Shown here in pieces: positions 14,274-31,634 of a stretch of 64,000 bases of DNA; positions within the stretch are counted from its first letter, which is position 1, and each line of letters begins with the position of its first letter. The notes under the pieces were generated by a model. It was not told the origin of the DNA. It ran no database searches and saw only the letters and a program-made list of their open reading frames with translations. The translations under genes were made by a program, and so were the position numbers. The stretch lies in assembly GCA_973895155.1 (NCBI GenBank), contig OZ316892.1, forward strand, positions 14,996,861 through 15,060,860, given 5' to 3'. Source of the stretch: Marsupella aquatica (lineage: Eukaryota; Plantae; Marchantiophyta).

Positions 14274-17200
14274 GAATTTATTCTGGCCGGAAGTCTTTTC
14301 CCACAGCCAATAACCCATGTGTATTTCCATACCGAGTAATAGCTGATTCATGATGACAGCACTCGGCATCAAAAGTACTGTGGGAGATATGGTAGCGAAT
14401 TCTATGGTACAGTGTCAACACAAGGGCTTGAGACCGATGACCCATATTGCTGCAAAGAATGAAAGCTACTGGGGACGATTTGTCAGAAGCAATAGAGACT
14501 CCTTGTACGCGCCCTTCTTATTGGAAAGGATAACTGATTGATTGAGGGCAGTCATGGTCATGAATAAGTTGAGACTGGATCGCTCCAATCAACAGAAGCT
14601 GAAAGGCTGTTTCTATAGTCGTTCGAATTTCGATTGTATTTGCAGCTCCGTCTTCTCCAAATCAATTTTCCACTGTCTGAAGGTATGGTTTAAGCACGCG
14701 AAAAATGACTCACCGTTTTCTGCGGCCCAATCCTTAGTTGAGTCCAGCGCAAGATCATTATCTCTTGGGTGGAAGCAGATGTGGTTACTATATTTCTGTT
14801 GAAGCTACCATGTTCGAGGAAGGAAAGCAAATCTGATTTGAGAGGCTCGATCACGATCTCTTGCGTGGCAGCACACATGGTTACTCTGCTCTCGTGTGCT
14901 CTCGTGTTCTGTGAAGCGCAGTAAGTACGGTTTTGGCAAGTGCATCGCTAGAAGGTCTTTAAAACAGTTTAGGTCACTAACCAGCCCTTCAACACTGAAG
15001 TTCTGGAAGAGAGTATCGCTCTAATTTTTAACAATAGCTCCATGACCAAATACCTCTCCACTCTCTAAATATTTCAGGGACCACTATAATAATCACACTT
15101 GCCTTACCCTAGTCTCCAGTTACCCAAGCTGTAGAGATCACATGCCTGGAAACCCCAGGTGATCTATTTTCTTTGTATGTCGGGAAACCCATAGTGAAAT
15201 GTTTCCTTTGTATATCTGTAGGTGGTAAGGAGCCATTACCCCCCTGCCAGCTTGGCCTGGGGTTACACATAGCCACTTGGGGGCAATCCCCCACCCCCCG
15301 GCTCACCTTGGATAAACCTCTCCTATAGTTTTCTCTTTGTATTTCTATGGATAATCCCCTGCCTGGTCAAGGGGTACAAGGGTTAGCGCAATTCCACATT
15401 CCTCGCATATTCCAAAAGCCCCTCCGGACCGTGGGTTTCCTATACAAAGAACATCCCTGTCCTCTTTAAACAATTTTCCCTTCTAGCCTCCTCTTTCCTT
15501 CAAAATTAGCATGCTTCCCCTGGTAAATTTAATTATTGAGAAGTCGAATGCGTGACCTTCCCTGTAACTTTCATTTGTCGTTTTCGTTATCTACTATTAT
15601 TTATTAAACAGACAGGTTTGTCAATGTTTGCCTATGAGGTCAAAGAGTGTTGTCCCTAGAGGATGGGTTGTATACTGATGAGCTGTGTTCAGTTGGAGGT
15701 AGTTGGGTGGAGAGAAAGCTTTAGTGCCCCCGTAGTTATCTGGAGCTTTGCCGATTTCTTGACCATATATGTACAGTACCAATTATTGTAGCTAAATTGA
15801 ACGGAAAATGATACTAGGATTTATCGTAATGTGTAACCATGCATGCAGCCAGGATACACCCCAAGAAAACGATGTAAGGATAGATCGTAGTGTGGGACCG
15901 TGTAAACGGCACAGACCTAGCGATTATTTAGACCCAAAAGCATAACCCACTTTTCTGTGTGGACTACCTCAAATTCTCAATTCACTATCTCGCACTGCAC
16001 GCAGAAGCAAATGTAGTTTTCGAGAAACTGTGAATCTGGCTTCCTTCCTCCATTCCAACTTATTAGAATGTGAGGCTATTTCAAATTTGAGTTTTATTTG
16101 CCCTGCCATTAGTTTTCAGTGTCTTCATTTCGCACATGGAATTGAAGACACTTTGATCTGATGGGTCGAATTCGACTCAAACTTCATATATCGTCTCTTC
16201 CTCTCACGTTCAATCAAGTAATGGCTGAAGGTATTTGCAAGCTAGAGGATCCATCAAGTTGACACTGGAGATTCCACTGTCACCTTTTGCGCAACCAATG
16301 TATACAATGCAAAAAACTTCGATATTGAACATCCTTCCAAGATTGAACATCTTCGATCGATTCGCTTGAGCATCAGCTACCGTTGGACTTTCCCTTCCTC
16401 GCATACACAATGTCTTCCAAGATTGTAACTCACAATACGTCGTATTGTTCGACCATTGCATACGTAAGAACATCCGACGCTTACCTCTAGAAAAACATTT
16501 GCTGAGAATGATGGCCCACTTTTCGTACTCAAGTCAAAATCTTGTTGCTACTGGTAGTAGTAGTCTTAGTCTCAGAAATTCAGGCTGAATAAGAGCCCAC
16601 AGTTTACAAGAACCCCCATGCACTCGAGCCTTTTCTCCAGGAAGTAATACAACCCCTCACCCCCACAGCATGGTACAACGTAACCTTCAGTCTCTTTGAA
16701 AAATCAAAACATTGTTTTTCAAAAGAGTATTCCCAATGAGCGACTGACCTCCTTCCACAAGTGAAAAAAAGTTGCATCCTATATACATTTCAATGCTCCG
16801 CTGCACCCCAGTCAACCGAAAACTGTGCATCCAATCTGCAAAGGGGAAAGGAACTAGAAGTGAGTTTGTTTCTTTGGTCACGAACTGTGAAAGTCGACCA
16901 ACCCTCTTCTAATTTTCAGCTGTAGTTTCAGCTTTCGTTGTTGCTAGAGCATTATATTTAAGACCATTCCCTAAGGATGTTTGATTGCGCTACCATCTGC
17001 TTGTCACTTACGGACTCGGCGAGAAATAATTGACCCTATAGTAACCCTTCTTCAAAGGCGAGAAATTTCGTAGTCTACCAAATGTTGTTGTATAAGACTT
17101 ATTTTGTATTTCAGAGTAGATACCTACGAATACCAACAGGAGTTAATGAGGACCTGCAGACAAACCGACTGGTAAAGTCTTGCACACAAGTGGTAGAATT

Positions 17201-17474
17201 ACCTTTCTTGTGACTAACGAGGTCTTGACGGCCGAGGCCAATATTTACCCATTAGTTGTGCTTCGCAGGCTTCGCTCCCAAATTCTTTGGTTTAGGTATT
17301 TGCTTCTACACTGGAGTTGCAGCAGAAACACTCGTCTTGACCGATGTCCCTCTCGAACCAACTGCAGGTAGCACCATCTCCACATATTAGAGTCTAACAA
17401 GAAACAAGCAGAAGCAAAGTTCCAGGAAGACTTACAAGGGATGAAAGCGAACTTTGAATATATGCATTGAGATA

Positions 17475-20400
17475 TCAAGGAAACGTACCCTGTGAGAAAT
17501 TTTCTATGAACCTATGGTTCACGTCCGACTGATTCGCCGGGTTCGAGATACTTGATTGCTTCATTTGGCGGGCTTTTCGCGCAGAGGACATTACTCTCTT
17601 CATGGCTTCATAACACACCAGAAACACAGCTGAGGCTGGAACCTGTGAAAAAAACACAACGGATGAGGTGAAAAACAAACAGCTACTCAAAACAGCAAAA
17701 CATTCGAAAAGCAGCATACAGTTCCAAGAAAGTATCTAAACCCTGGCAAGCCCAACCGTATGTGCACGGCCTCAGGAATAATGCGAAGAACTAATCGAAT
17801 GACGATAGAGACTAATCAGTCAACAGTCAAGTTCCATACTCTCTAGTGCACAATACAAACTCATCCTAACAAACATATAAATGGTGAGAGGGGACGAAAC
17901 TGCTCATATTTAGTTTAACATCCTTAGAATGAGCCATTTGCAGTAGAATAACTAAACTATCAGGAGACAACAGTGAACAGCCAGTGAGGGAACGTAAAAC
18001 AAGCAGTGGGTACCTTGTAAAGAACACGAGGTGCCATCCCTCGCGTAAACCCCATGAAACCCTGCAGTCGTCATCGCAGAAATTTCAGTTCTTGTGAACA
18101 GAATTATGGGACAGATTTGTTTTTAGAGGACAAGATTAAAACGCTGTCATTCAAAGTTATTGTTAATCCATAACTATGTTCGAGAAGACTGACTTCTGTC
18201 TTGAGCAAGCTGCAATGCAGTACAGCTGGAAAGTACTTCAACAACCCTAGGTGGGGAAAGGACGAAGGCAAAATACCTCTTCAATGCAGATCTGTTTCAC
18301 AGTAGAGCCAAGCCCCGTATAAGCTACTGACCCTGGTGGGGTCTGTGTCATAATTCTAGTCTTCACCACATCCAAAGGAGTTGTCAAACTACTAGCCACA
18401 GCTCCAGCAATCTGCAATGGAAGACCCAACAAAAGGCGTCATGAAAGTCTTCCAATTAAATCTGGTAAAATGCCATCTCAATTCAGATCTTCAATGAACC
18501 TCATTTCTCCAAAGAAAGCTCCTGTATAGCGTTCCACACAATACCGGCTAATTTCCTTCACTTTCGAGATTGTCCTTCTGCCACTTGGACATGCCAAGCC
18601 CTACAGCTACGACCTAACCCTAGATCGTGGATAAAATCCACCGCGAACACATACAAGCTCAAATCGACGTCAAATCGATGAGTTAGGATTCATTCTATTG
18701 CCTTGAAGATAAAAAAGAATAGTCTTTGCTGCCTTTCCTATGCACTTTTAGCTATCTCCAACGTAAAACCTCGTCACAATGCCGTGAACACTTTCATTCT
18801 GGGTGTACAAGGAAGAAGGAAAAAGCGCGGTGCGGGTAGCCCAGCAGCTTTTGGACAATGATATCCAAGGAGTATATTTTGAATGAAGAGTCAGTAGCAA
18901 ATACAACTGACGTTTGTGTCGTGGCACTTACTGCTCCCATCCATAAGTCGTTCACGAGATCTTTCCCTCTTTTGGATTCTTCACTTTTGCTTCTGCGGGC
19001 GCGAAGCTTTTGTCTTTCCTTTTTCAGAACCTCAAACGTAAGGAACTGAAGTGCGGAATATGGAACGTCTCTTAGTACCTGCTCACACATGATGAACCGT
19101 CCGATACATTAAATATAATACAAAGGAACGTTTAATATTCAAAGCCCTGGCTAGAAATGATGGAATTGCATCAGGTAATTGGGTCGATCCCCAGTGAACC
19201 AGATCACTCTTTTCTTGCAAGTCACAGACAAAACAAACACTAAAATCGCTTGCGCATGACTTTGATTGTACACCCAGATGCCCTATCAATTAGGAACGCA
19301 AGATGAACTTCCTGTCTGCAAGTCCGAAGCAAATTGGGTTCAGAATAGGCGGAGTCTTCTGGACAAGATCACATACCATTGCAGTATATCCCCTATAGAA
19401 ACCCGTCAGACCATCTCTAGCGTATACAGCTTTTATCGCGCCAAGGACATCCCTGACAAAATTAAGGGGTCTTAATTTTAGCTCCAACTGCTCGCACAAA
19501 AATAACCACAAATCCCAAGGACATGGCTGGCTAGCCAAAGGGAATTCCCTCAAATTCGCATGAAAATAGTCATTTATATTTAGTGCTTCAGAGCCTCCCC
19601 AAAGTTCACCAAGACTACCTGTAAATCCCGGCTTGCACGCGTTGCTTGATAATCTCCGGGGGTACCCTTACAACACTAGCTGCAATGTTGCCAAACGCAG
19701 CTGCCAGCACCGGAGCAACAGTCTTTAACGGTAATGTGCTATCCACTGAAGCTTTCTCAATCCAATTCTTAGAAAACTCGTAACCTGCAGCAAATACAGC
19801 TGAGGAAGGAGCTGAGACAGCTATCGATGCCAGGAAGCCAGTGTACAATGCTCCAAATCCTCTATTTTTCACCAACCCCACCATGCACTGCACCAAGTTG
19901 GTGTAGTTTCCCCGCACCTCTCTAGCTGCCTGGAGGAAAACCAGAGGATGTGTTTCAGATGAACCGTCATTCAGAAGTGAAAAGGAGAAAACCCAGAGTA
20001 CCCGATACTGTAACCCTCGCTTCCGATCGCTATACAAAGAAAGGCAGCAAATTGTGATGAAAAATGAGTCTAGAAATCTTGGACAACTCCAGCTTCAAGA
20101 GTGAGTCCACGATAGCAGGTCACCAGACCAGGAGTCTGCCTGTGCTTAGGGAACGAGCTAGAAACTGGCATAAGTTGTAATATCTGAGAGTTTTCCTAAT
20201 TTTGCTACATATTGACCTGGATGAAATTACAGGGGTAGTGAGAGGAGCTCAAATCAAACGTAGGAAACCATCGTCAGAAGTGAAGCTGCCCGAAGGCCTT
20301 ACCAAACTGGAACCTACGACGTTGCTAAATTCAGTCACACTTAGTGAGTTACCCATTGTGGATGGTTAATATTTGCAGTCCCACGCTCTGTCAATTAATG

Positions 20401-20671
20401 TACGCACAAAAGTACTCCACACTCTGCTACAAGTAAGGGCCCTGTAGTAGGTTGTGAAAAATGCAGGCACACAAGCTATACGGTTGAAATCATAACGGGA
20501 TATTACCTGTAAGAGTGTCTTTGATGTATCGAAGGGCTGCAAAATTATTTTGGAACACAGTGAGGCAGACGCTCCTGAAACGAAATTGTCAGCCCAGTCT
20601 CCAGCTTTGCCTACTACCACGGTAGCCTCGTTTGCCCTCCCACTCACCACCATCTGACCACCATTCCCCAT
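17475..20671 (-). CDS. Mitochondrial carrier family protein, S-adenosylmethionine-carrier-like
   Basis: Three PX[DE]XX[KR] repeats: PFDTSK, PPEIIK, PLDVVK, plus VLRDVPYSALQF and VPASAVFLVCYE. Exons 20507-20671, 19619-19929, 19377-19452, 18932-19078, 18277-18411, 18014-18061, 17475-17642. An upstream exon is possible because CAG lies just before ATG 20671. Confidence 0.88.
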
Positions 20672-21825
20672 CCTGGCTTGACTCCGGAGAGAGATGCGTT
20701 CCTATGCTATGCACACAATTGGGTCATAACCAAACCCAACTCCACAAATCAATTGTTCCCGATCTAATTTTTCAACGGATACCAATGCACTCCAATTTAA
20801 GCACCTCTTCAATGAGGACAGCTCAGAAGTGGATAATAATGTGCACACTAAAGGACTGCGCACCGCATCCACCCCGAGTGGCCCAATCAAACCGATCTAA
20901 TGAAAGCCTTTGCTCTTAGGGACACTCCCGCCCAGGAAGCTGAACTTGCCGCAAAAACATATTCATTGACAGATACACCCTGCAATTTAATCTTGCCGGA
21001 TTCCACCCTGCTCTGCCTCTTGTGCATAGCCCTCGCTCAACGAAGGACGGAACAGCACGCTGTCGTTGGAGTCCCGTTAAGATGTCTCGTTCGAGATTCT
21101 TTAACGCCCACACACCGAACGTACTGGCCTCGAGCTTTAGTCGCTGACGCATGTAAACCCCGACCCCCAACCTCCGTCTCCACCTCACACACTCCGCTTC
21201 ACGCACTATACGTTTGCTAACAACCGCACAGAAGACGAAACCATTCCACGAAGCTCGGAACCGCCACACCCTCGACGCGGTGAAGTACAGTAGTACTCTC
21301 TATTGATACAATCTCCCTCACTCTCTTTCATCATCACATTTTTACGGAAGAGATCGCATTTTTACGAAAGAGATCGCTGTCGCTGGAGTCAAGAATGGAC
21401 ATCAAATCCGAATTTCCTTGCCCAAACAGAAAGCTGACCTGAAGGTCTTGTTTAGTCACTAACGCCCATGTCTCTCTCACTCCCCATCCATCTCCACTCC
21501 AGAATTCAAACGCACAACATTGGCTAAAAAACCTCCGCAGACCAGACAATTCTAAAAAACTCGGAAGGGTCAGTCACACCGCCAATACTGCAAAAGTACA
21601 ACAGCGCTCTCCTTCGATTTGGCGATTTGCGTCCCTCTCTCTCTCTCTCACACATTGTCAGGCAGTGCAATAATTCGAAATGGAACTCTCCTTTGATTGG
21701 ACTCTTTTGGTGTAACGGCAAATGGTGCGTCTGCCAAATCTCTGAACCTCAACTCTGGTCAGTGCAGAGCAATTTCTGCGGTGCAAAAAAACACTGGTTC
21801 TCTTCAATCTCTTCGAGAAGGACTG

Positions 21826-21892
21826 GAGAGAGAGAGAGAGAGTGAGAGAAGAGAGAGAGAGAGAGTGAGAGAAGAGAGAGAGAAAGAGAGAA
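21826..21892. repeat. Imperfect (GA)n microsatellite upstream of the carrier gene
   Basis: GAGAGAGAGAGAGAGAGTGAGAGAAGAGAGAG... It reads CT-rich on the gene strand, as is common in plant 5' UTR and promoter regions. Confidence 0.9.
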
Positions 21893-23269
21893 ACACAGGA
21901 GGGCGGGCCGGTTTTGAAAGAACTTCTGGGGAGCGAATATCTTACTGACTCTTCGCATATTCAGACACCGACTTCCCGTATATTCATCGTCTTAGAGGGT
22001 ATATTCTCATCCGTGTACCCGCATAAAGACCATGCGTGCATGGCTTTCATACCCGCGAATGAGAGATACATTGCATCCATCCTCACATCGGTTTGGGCCA
22101 CATGCCGTCCGCGGATTGGATCACCACTGCACTGGACTCGACAATAATGATTCGCTGACGAGAAAGTCCGTTTCCACGAATTTTACTCTAAACGCCACAG
22201 GATAGCATTTCAAAGCTGGCAATTTCATAGCTAGACCGAAACTCTCTAGTTCAAAAGTTATGGACTACCAAATTTTGAATAATTTTTTGCTACCAGAATC
22301 ATTAGTTATTGTAGAAGCTAAGTAAAGAAAAAACAAAAAAATGCATACAATCCAGCATGAAAGAATTATGGCAAATCTAGTGTTTTCAGTTGATACATCT
22401 AAAAACCCCAGCCTTTTATCAACACTTCTTTATCTTATCTCAATTAAACATTATAATAGCTGACCCCACCCATTCTGGATGGTAGCATGTTTACCAAATG
22501 TCATATGGGTGGGAAGAATCAGGGCAGTTTGTAGAAGATATGTTTTTTTGGTTACCATTTGGTCTGCCAAACACAACTACCTTATTACCTGTTCTTTGAA
22601 TGCGAATAGTGGGGAGTGCCATGAAAATGTCACCAAACTATATTCTTATTTGTATTTTTTGAAGGTTAATGAAATGATAAAAAAATCATCATGCATGTAG
22701 TCACCTTAATAATCATATATAACATACTATTTTTTATGCACATCCCTCTCTAAAACCTACAAATTAAAAAAAAAACATGTTTCCTGTCACTCAATTATGC
22801 TTGGACTCTATGATGCATGGGGTGGTCGTTATCTCGCATCTCCAATTTCTATAGGCAACGCACGGGTTAAATAACATGACCACAACTATTGTATGGTCAA
22901 GATCACACATAACATGTCTCGACAACAACATCACAAAGTTTATTATTTTTTGCCTTGCCTTTGCAGCTTTTCTCACCTCCACATATTTTTCTAATATTTA
23001 CATATAGATCTCTCCTCAACATTTTTTCCTTGCCTTGACATCTTTTTCTTATTTCACCAGTTTTTTCCAATGTTGACACCTTTACTTCACCATGACATCT
23101 TTTTCTCACTTCAAGATCTTCTTTTTCTCATCTTTACATCTTTTCCTCACCTTGAGATCTTTTCCTCACCTCAAGATATTTTCCTCACCTTGAGATCTTT
23201 TCCCACCTCGACATACATCTTATCTTTTTCTCATTTTGCCATCATTTTCTCATCTTGCCATCTTTATCT

Positions 23270-24625
23270 AACCGACTTATCAGAGCTGGTCGGGTCAAGG
23301 GGAAATGGGTCGGGCTCAAGGACGACCGTCCGGACCTCCGGATGGACTTTGAGTTTTGAGGGCTTGAGGGTGAGCTCCTCTTGGGCCCAAGGCCCATGGA
23401 GTTGACGCCATGGGCAACGGACGCTTGGGGCGCAAGTTATCGCCCGATCTGGGTTGGGCCAATCGAGGGCCCCGAGCGGCGATGAGACCTGAGGGCCTGG
23501 GCATGAGCACTGGATCGGCCCGATCACAACGGGCTAAGGCACTCCGCTTGCGGATGCCTAACGAGAAAGTTATGGGCGTTTCCAGTTGATGGCGCGCCCA
23601 TTACGCGCAATAGGTTCCGGGTTGGGGGCCAAATGTTTAGGGACCAGAGCTGGTCCGGGGGTGGCAGGTCTCCAGAAGCATATATAAGGGGAGTGATGTC
23701 TCCTTGGGGACTAAGGGCGAGCCGAAGTCGTGAGCCGCGGCGATCGCGACACTAACGGAAACCGACAAACGGAAATGGCGATATCTTCCCAACGGGAAGT
23801 TCGTCGGAGGACTTCTTGGGTGCGTTGGAAAGCTCTCAAGGAGGGCTATGCCCTCCTGAGCTCAGCTGGGTCTGGGGGCACTTTGGGTTCTTGGGGTTTG
23901 CGAGTGTTAACTTGCCCGCTTGCCAAATCCTGCCTAACAGCAGCCAAGCCGCGTTTAGTCTCCCAAGGGAGCTTGCATTGGGGAGGCAAGGCCAAGTAGG
24001 TATGGAGGTTAAGTTCCAAGTGTGCTCGGTCCCTAGACCGTCAGTGGGGCGAGTCAGAAGTTGGTTGCTAGAGGCGGGGTCATTCTGGTCCTAGCGTGTT
24101 GGGACAAGGCAGGGCCATTCTGGTCCCAGCATGTTGGGACAAGCTTGGGACAAGCTTTAGGACAAGCTACGCTAATTGGGCCATGAGCATGTTCTGGGGT
24201 CAGGGCGGTCAGTTGGTGATAGATAGGTACGAGGGGGAACCCGGGCCGTGCCTAAGGAAGGAGCTGTTCTGGATGAACAGTGGGCGTGGGTTCTGGTTCC
24301 AGCTTATGGCATCGAGAGGACCTATCGCTGACCTATTTACCAACGTCTATTAAACTTGAGTTAGGATGCTAGACTTGGTAAGTTCTAGATCCTGAAGGGT
24401 TACTTACCGAGGTGCTTGGTTGCTGGTGCAGACAATGAGGACCGTTGAGTAGCGGTCGTGTAGGAGAGCAGGTGCGACTTCGTATGGGAAAGGCTGTTGG
24501 TGGTGCAAGGGGCACTAGGGTGCTTGCTCGAGGTATTCCGTGGAGGCGTTCAGGCACCAGGGGCACTTAGGCGTGAGTGTTGAGATTGGTGAGGGCGTTG
24601 GGTGACAAGGTCCACCACTGTGACA
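23270..24625 (+). mobile_element. GC-rich LTR-like fragment, probably a truncated Gypsy-type LTR
   Basis: Abrupt GC-rich block inside low-complexity TC-rich DNA, with TATA-like CATATATAAGGGG near 23679 and a ...TGTGACA end at 24625. No matching left terminus or TSD was seen. Confidence 0.4.
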
Positions 24626-24648
24626 CTACATTTTGTTTCTTCACATTC

Positions 24649-24950
24649 AACATCTTGGGTGACACAACAGTTTCTTTCTTAACGACATCTTGGGCGACAA
24701 CACATTCATCTTTTTTTTTAGAAAGCATCTTGGGCAACACAACATATTTATTCTTAATGACATCTTCGGGGACACCTACATCTTTTTTTCTTATCGACAT
24801 CTTAGAGGACACGGCATTTTTTTTCATAACCCGACATCTTGGGCGACATGACATCTTTTTCTTAACAACATCTTGGGCAAGACGACATATTATTTTCTTA
24901 ATGATATCTTGGGCAACACTACATCTTTTTTTCGTCATGACATCTTTTGT
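24649..24950. repeat. Degenerate ~36-bp minisatellite (about 8-9 units)
   Basis: Recurring ACATCTTGGGCRACAC...TTTTTCTTAAYG units. Confidence 0.8.
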
Positions 24951-27344
24951 GCAACACATGGGTATTGAGCTAGTGTTTCTATGAAATGCTTTGACATTGG
25001 ACTTGGCAACAACATGATCGCAATAGCCTTGTAGCCACAACACCCTCCTGACTTGAATGATTGCATCACCATAATGACAACATGATTGCATGAGATTTCT
25101 AAACATCTTTCTTACCTTGCTTGCATTCTCTACTTTTCTTTGGCTCACAATCATTTTTTTCCTCACCTCAACATTTTTGCTCACTTATTGCCTCATTACA
25201 ATATCTAAACTTGCCTCAACATCTTTGCCTGGTCATCTTTGCCTCACCTCAACATATTTGCCTTATCTTAACTTCTTTTTCTCACCTTCACAACTTTCTC
25301 TTCTCGATCTCTTTTTCTCACCTTCACAACTTTCTCTTCTCGATCTCTTTTTCTCTCCTCTATATCTTTTTCTCCCCTTAAAGTCTGTCTCTTTCCATGA
25401 CGTCTATTTCTCACCACCACATCTTCTATGTGTATTTCTCACAACAATTTCTCACCACCAAATCTTCTGTGTGTATTTCTCACAACATCTTCTATGTAAC
25501 ACATGAGCATTGTGCTAGTATAGCATACCTTGAAATACTTGTGATGATGTGGTCCAAATAAAAAGTATTCGCAATAAGCTAATGATGGCTGATTGCAATT
25601 CTGAATAAAACTCATCTTTTCCTTACCGTAGATGGTGACTAAACATCCAAAATTTACTGCTGACAGCTCATCATCCAAGTCTTCAAAACGCAGGTTGTCC
25701 CAAATCTATGTCTAAATCCCACTTCCACCTTAGGGATGAACATTACATATCCATCTCTACTGGTACAATCACAACATGGTCATTATTTTTTTCGAAGTCA
25801 AAACTCTCCTAGATTGGGGTACCTACATGATCAACGTGCAGAGGATTATGTATTACGGTTCCTACTCGAGCTTTGCTAGTAAGTGGTGAGTACCATCACC
25901 ACTCGTCAAACCCCTTTCCAGTCCATTTTCCACCCCACCCTCAACGTTAGCTGTGCCCGCATGGTCACGGTCTAGAGTGAAGCCTTTACCGTAGCTTTTG
26001 TTTGAGAATGATTAGATGAATACATTTGCAAACCTGCAATCAACTGTAGGAAGAGATGTTGCTTTGGGCTCTCCCATACCTTTGCTGTCAGTATTAGAAG
26101 CGAAGCAACCTCCTCCTAACTTGGATCGTAGCTTCATCGTGCTTGAATGGCTAAGCCGTTTGTAAGGAGATACGTTGCCAAAGTACGAATGGAACTGAAA
26201 GTCTTTTCCACTAAACTTGTGGTGGCAGCATTCTTCCTACAATCTTGAATTTCTAAAAATCTCTCACCTACAATATTTTTAGGTTCTACTGTAAATAATC
26301 CACCAGAAAGCTCGGAGGTCCAGAAAGAACTAAGATATAGGTTTCCTAATCGAGACCTTGAAAACTAAACAACATTTTGTCAGGACTCTAGTGACTTGTA
26401 GGTACAATTTTGGAGACAATTCTTTGTGCCCCTACCTAAATTTGAGGGACCCATTGACGGAGGAGATAAAGTCTCAAATGACTTGAACCCCAAACTTTAC
26501 TAATCCAGATTTCTAGGATCCTTGCTTAAAGTTTGTGTGCTTTAGGTAACATTCACATCCGTAATTGCTATCCCAAACCCCTCTATGGAAGTGCCAAAGC
26601 ATCTGTCCTCTGTTACTACTGATTCAAGAGGTTGCAAATCACAAAGGGTTGTCTGCAGACTGAACCTTCTTGAATCGACCGGAGAAAGATGTTTTTTCCA
26701 TTCCCAGACTTTTGCTATCGATGTTGAAAGAGATCGAACCTCCTCATTCCTCACTTGGTCGGTCTCTGTAAAGAAAGTGCATCAACGTTTTAATGTACGA
26801 CCAAGAAAACTCTTTGGGTTAACTTTTGCAAAATCACTGCACTCCTTGGAAAACGTTCTGCAAGAGGCTTGCTCCCACGGACCCAAAGAGCTTAATTTAC
26901 TCCAACCCAAAGGTAATTGGAACAGAGATTAGGAAATGGGGGTCATGCTTCCACTTCTCAATCATATCACAACTTATCAGCGCCTTCAGCTAGCCGTCAA
27001 CTCAACTGTAAAACAAGATGACATGGCTTCAGTCTGCGTTGCCCAAAAACTGTTGACATAACATTAGCTGGTTTCCCGCCTTGCTAACTAAGCAAAAATC
27101 CCCCCACCAGCCAATATTTCTCAAACGATTCTCAGAATCAAACACGTGATAAACCCAAAACGTTATTTCAGATTTATAATGGATTGACATAGAAAACCAT
27201 GACAGCTGTCCGCAAACTCGGAAGTTTGAATTAGCAACGTGGAGAAATTAGAAATACAACCGAGACTTCGACTTACCCTAGTTCCACCTGGATCCCACGT
27301 GCTCGCGTGTATATTTCCCAGAAAATTTTCCCGATAACTATCGT

Positions 27345-30579
<3,235 letters not shown>

Positions 30580-31082
30580 GTAGAAGGCTTGCTGTTGGCT
30601 CTATGCTAGAAGTACTACTCAAGCCGCGAAATTAGTTCCCCATAATTTGATTTGATTTTCCCCACATTTGTCTGAACTACATTTTAAAAATATTCTTTGC
30701 TGAATAGTGAAAACGAACAGATTCATCATTGGGACCCGCTACAGTCTTGTACTCAGTACTCTGTATCCCTGGATGGGTTATGGTGAGCCACATAATAGTC
30801 TTGTTACTGTGGCATGATCTAACAATAGAACAAAACCACACCAGGGTAATCTTTTGTGGCATGATCTAACAATAGAACAAAAGGCTCCACACCAGTGTCA
30901 TCTTTAAAGTTTTTACTTATCGGCCAGAGTGGCCTGTGTGTGTGAAGGTAAAGATGTTAGGAAAATTCTTTACCTGATTATTCTCAAATTATTTCCTGAC
31001 CCTTAGACCTCCCCCCTTGGGACCTCCCTAGATTTAAGGAGGGCATTTAGATTCTGGCCAATGGGGCCTATGACTATGTAGG

Positions 31083-31318
31083 AAACCTGATGGAACCTTA
31101 TCGGCTCATATAGCACACATACCAAACATATGGATCTAGATAGTACGATACACTCTAACACTACCTAGAATGGTGTGACAGCTGTCGTGTGCACACACAT
31201 CGCTACACAACATACATCGCTTGTCACATACATCCAAACATAGTCACACTGCCACATCACAAACACAGGAGAATGGAATACAAGTGGAACTCATGTCCAC
31301 ACATGTCCAAAACCCACA
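31083..31318 (-). repeat. Remnant of the Gypsy 3' LTR (outer part missing)
   Basis: Minus strand: PPT-like TAGGGGGGCG (31321-31330) followed by TGTGGG at 31318. Segment 31083-31180 matches 40145-40242. Boundary inferred. Confidence 0.65.
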
Positions 31319-31493
31319 ATCGCCCCCCTAGCTGGGAGTAAGGTCCCCTAACTCTAGCTAGCCATGAGTTCTACAAGGTTGATATACACCTTTTTAGGTG
31401 TGAAGATCAGGAGGCCAGGTGCAAGTGAGCCCCATCGATCACCTACCTACAATCCATATCTGCCAAGAGAACACAAATGATAACTAGTCGGCT

Positions 31494-31634
31494 TCACCGA
31501 CACTGAGGACACAACCATGATCCACTAGGAATCACCTGCAATGGTGGTGTCAAACATGACATGTGTCATCCTCTAGAACACTTATCACAAATCAACATAG
31601 TAACTGCTCCCTGAACAGATCCACACAACATACA
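31494..31634 (-). pseudogene. PHD finger (C4HC3) at the C-terminus of the Gypsy integrase
   Basis: CMLCGSVQGAVTMLICDKCSRG*HMSCLTPPLQVIPSGSWLCPQCR. All 8 ligands and the conserved W are present, with one in-frame TGA where TGG (W) is expected. Same frame as the integrase. Confidence 0.9.

Noticed and set aside
24649-24950. Regularly spaced repeats resembling a CRISPR array
   Set aside because: The intervening parts are similar T-rich sequence rather than unique spacers, the context is eukaryotic and there are no cas genes. It is a minisatellite.
24567-25184. 205-aa Lys/Val-rich ORF
   Set aside because: It is a translation of the minisatellite with no recognisable domain.
31088-31180. 93-bp TG...CA repeat pair (with 40150-40242) as complete short LTRs
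   Set aside because: Similarity extends beyond the TG, and there is no TSD, adjacent PPT or PBS. It is better explained as the overlap of two truncated long LTRs.
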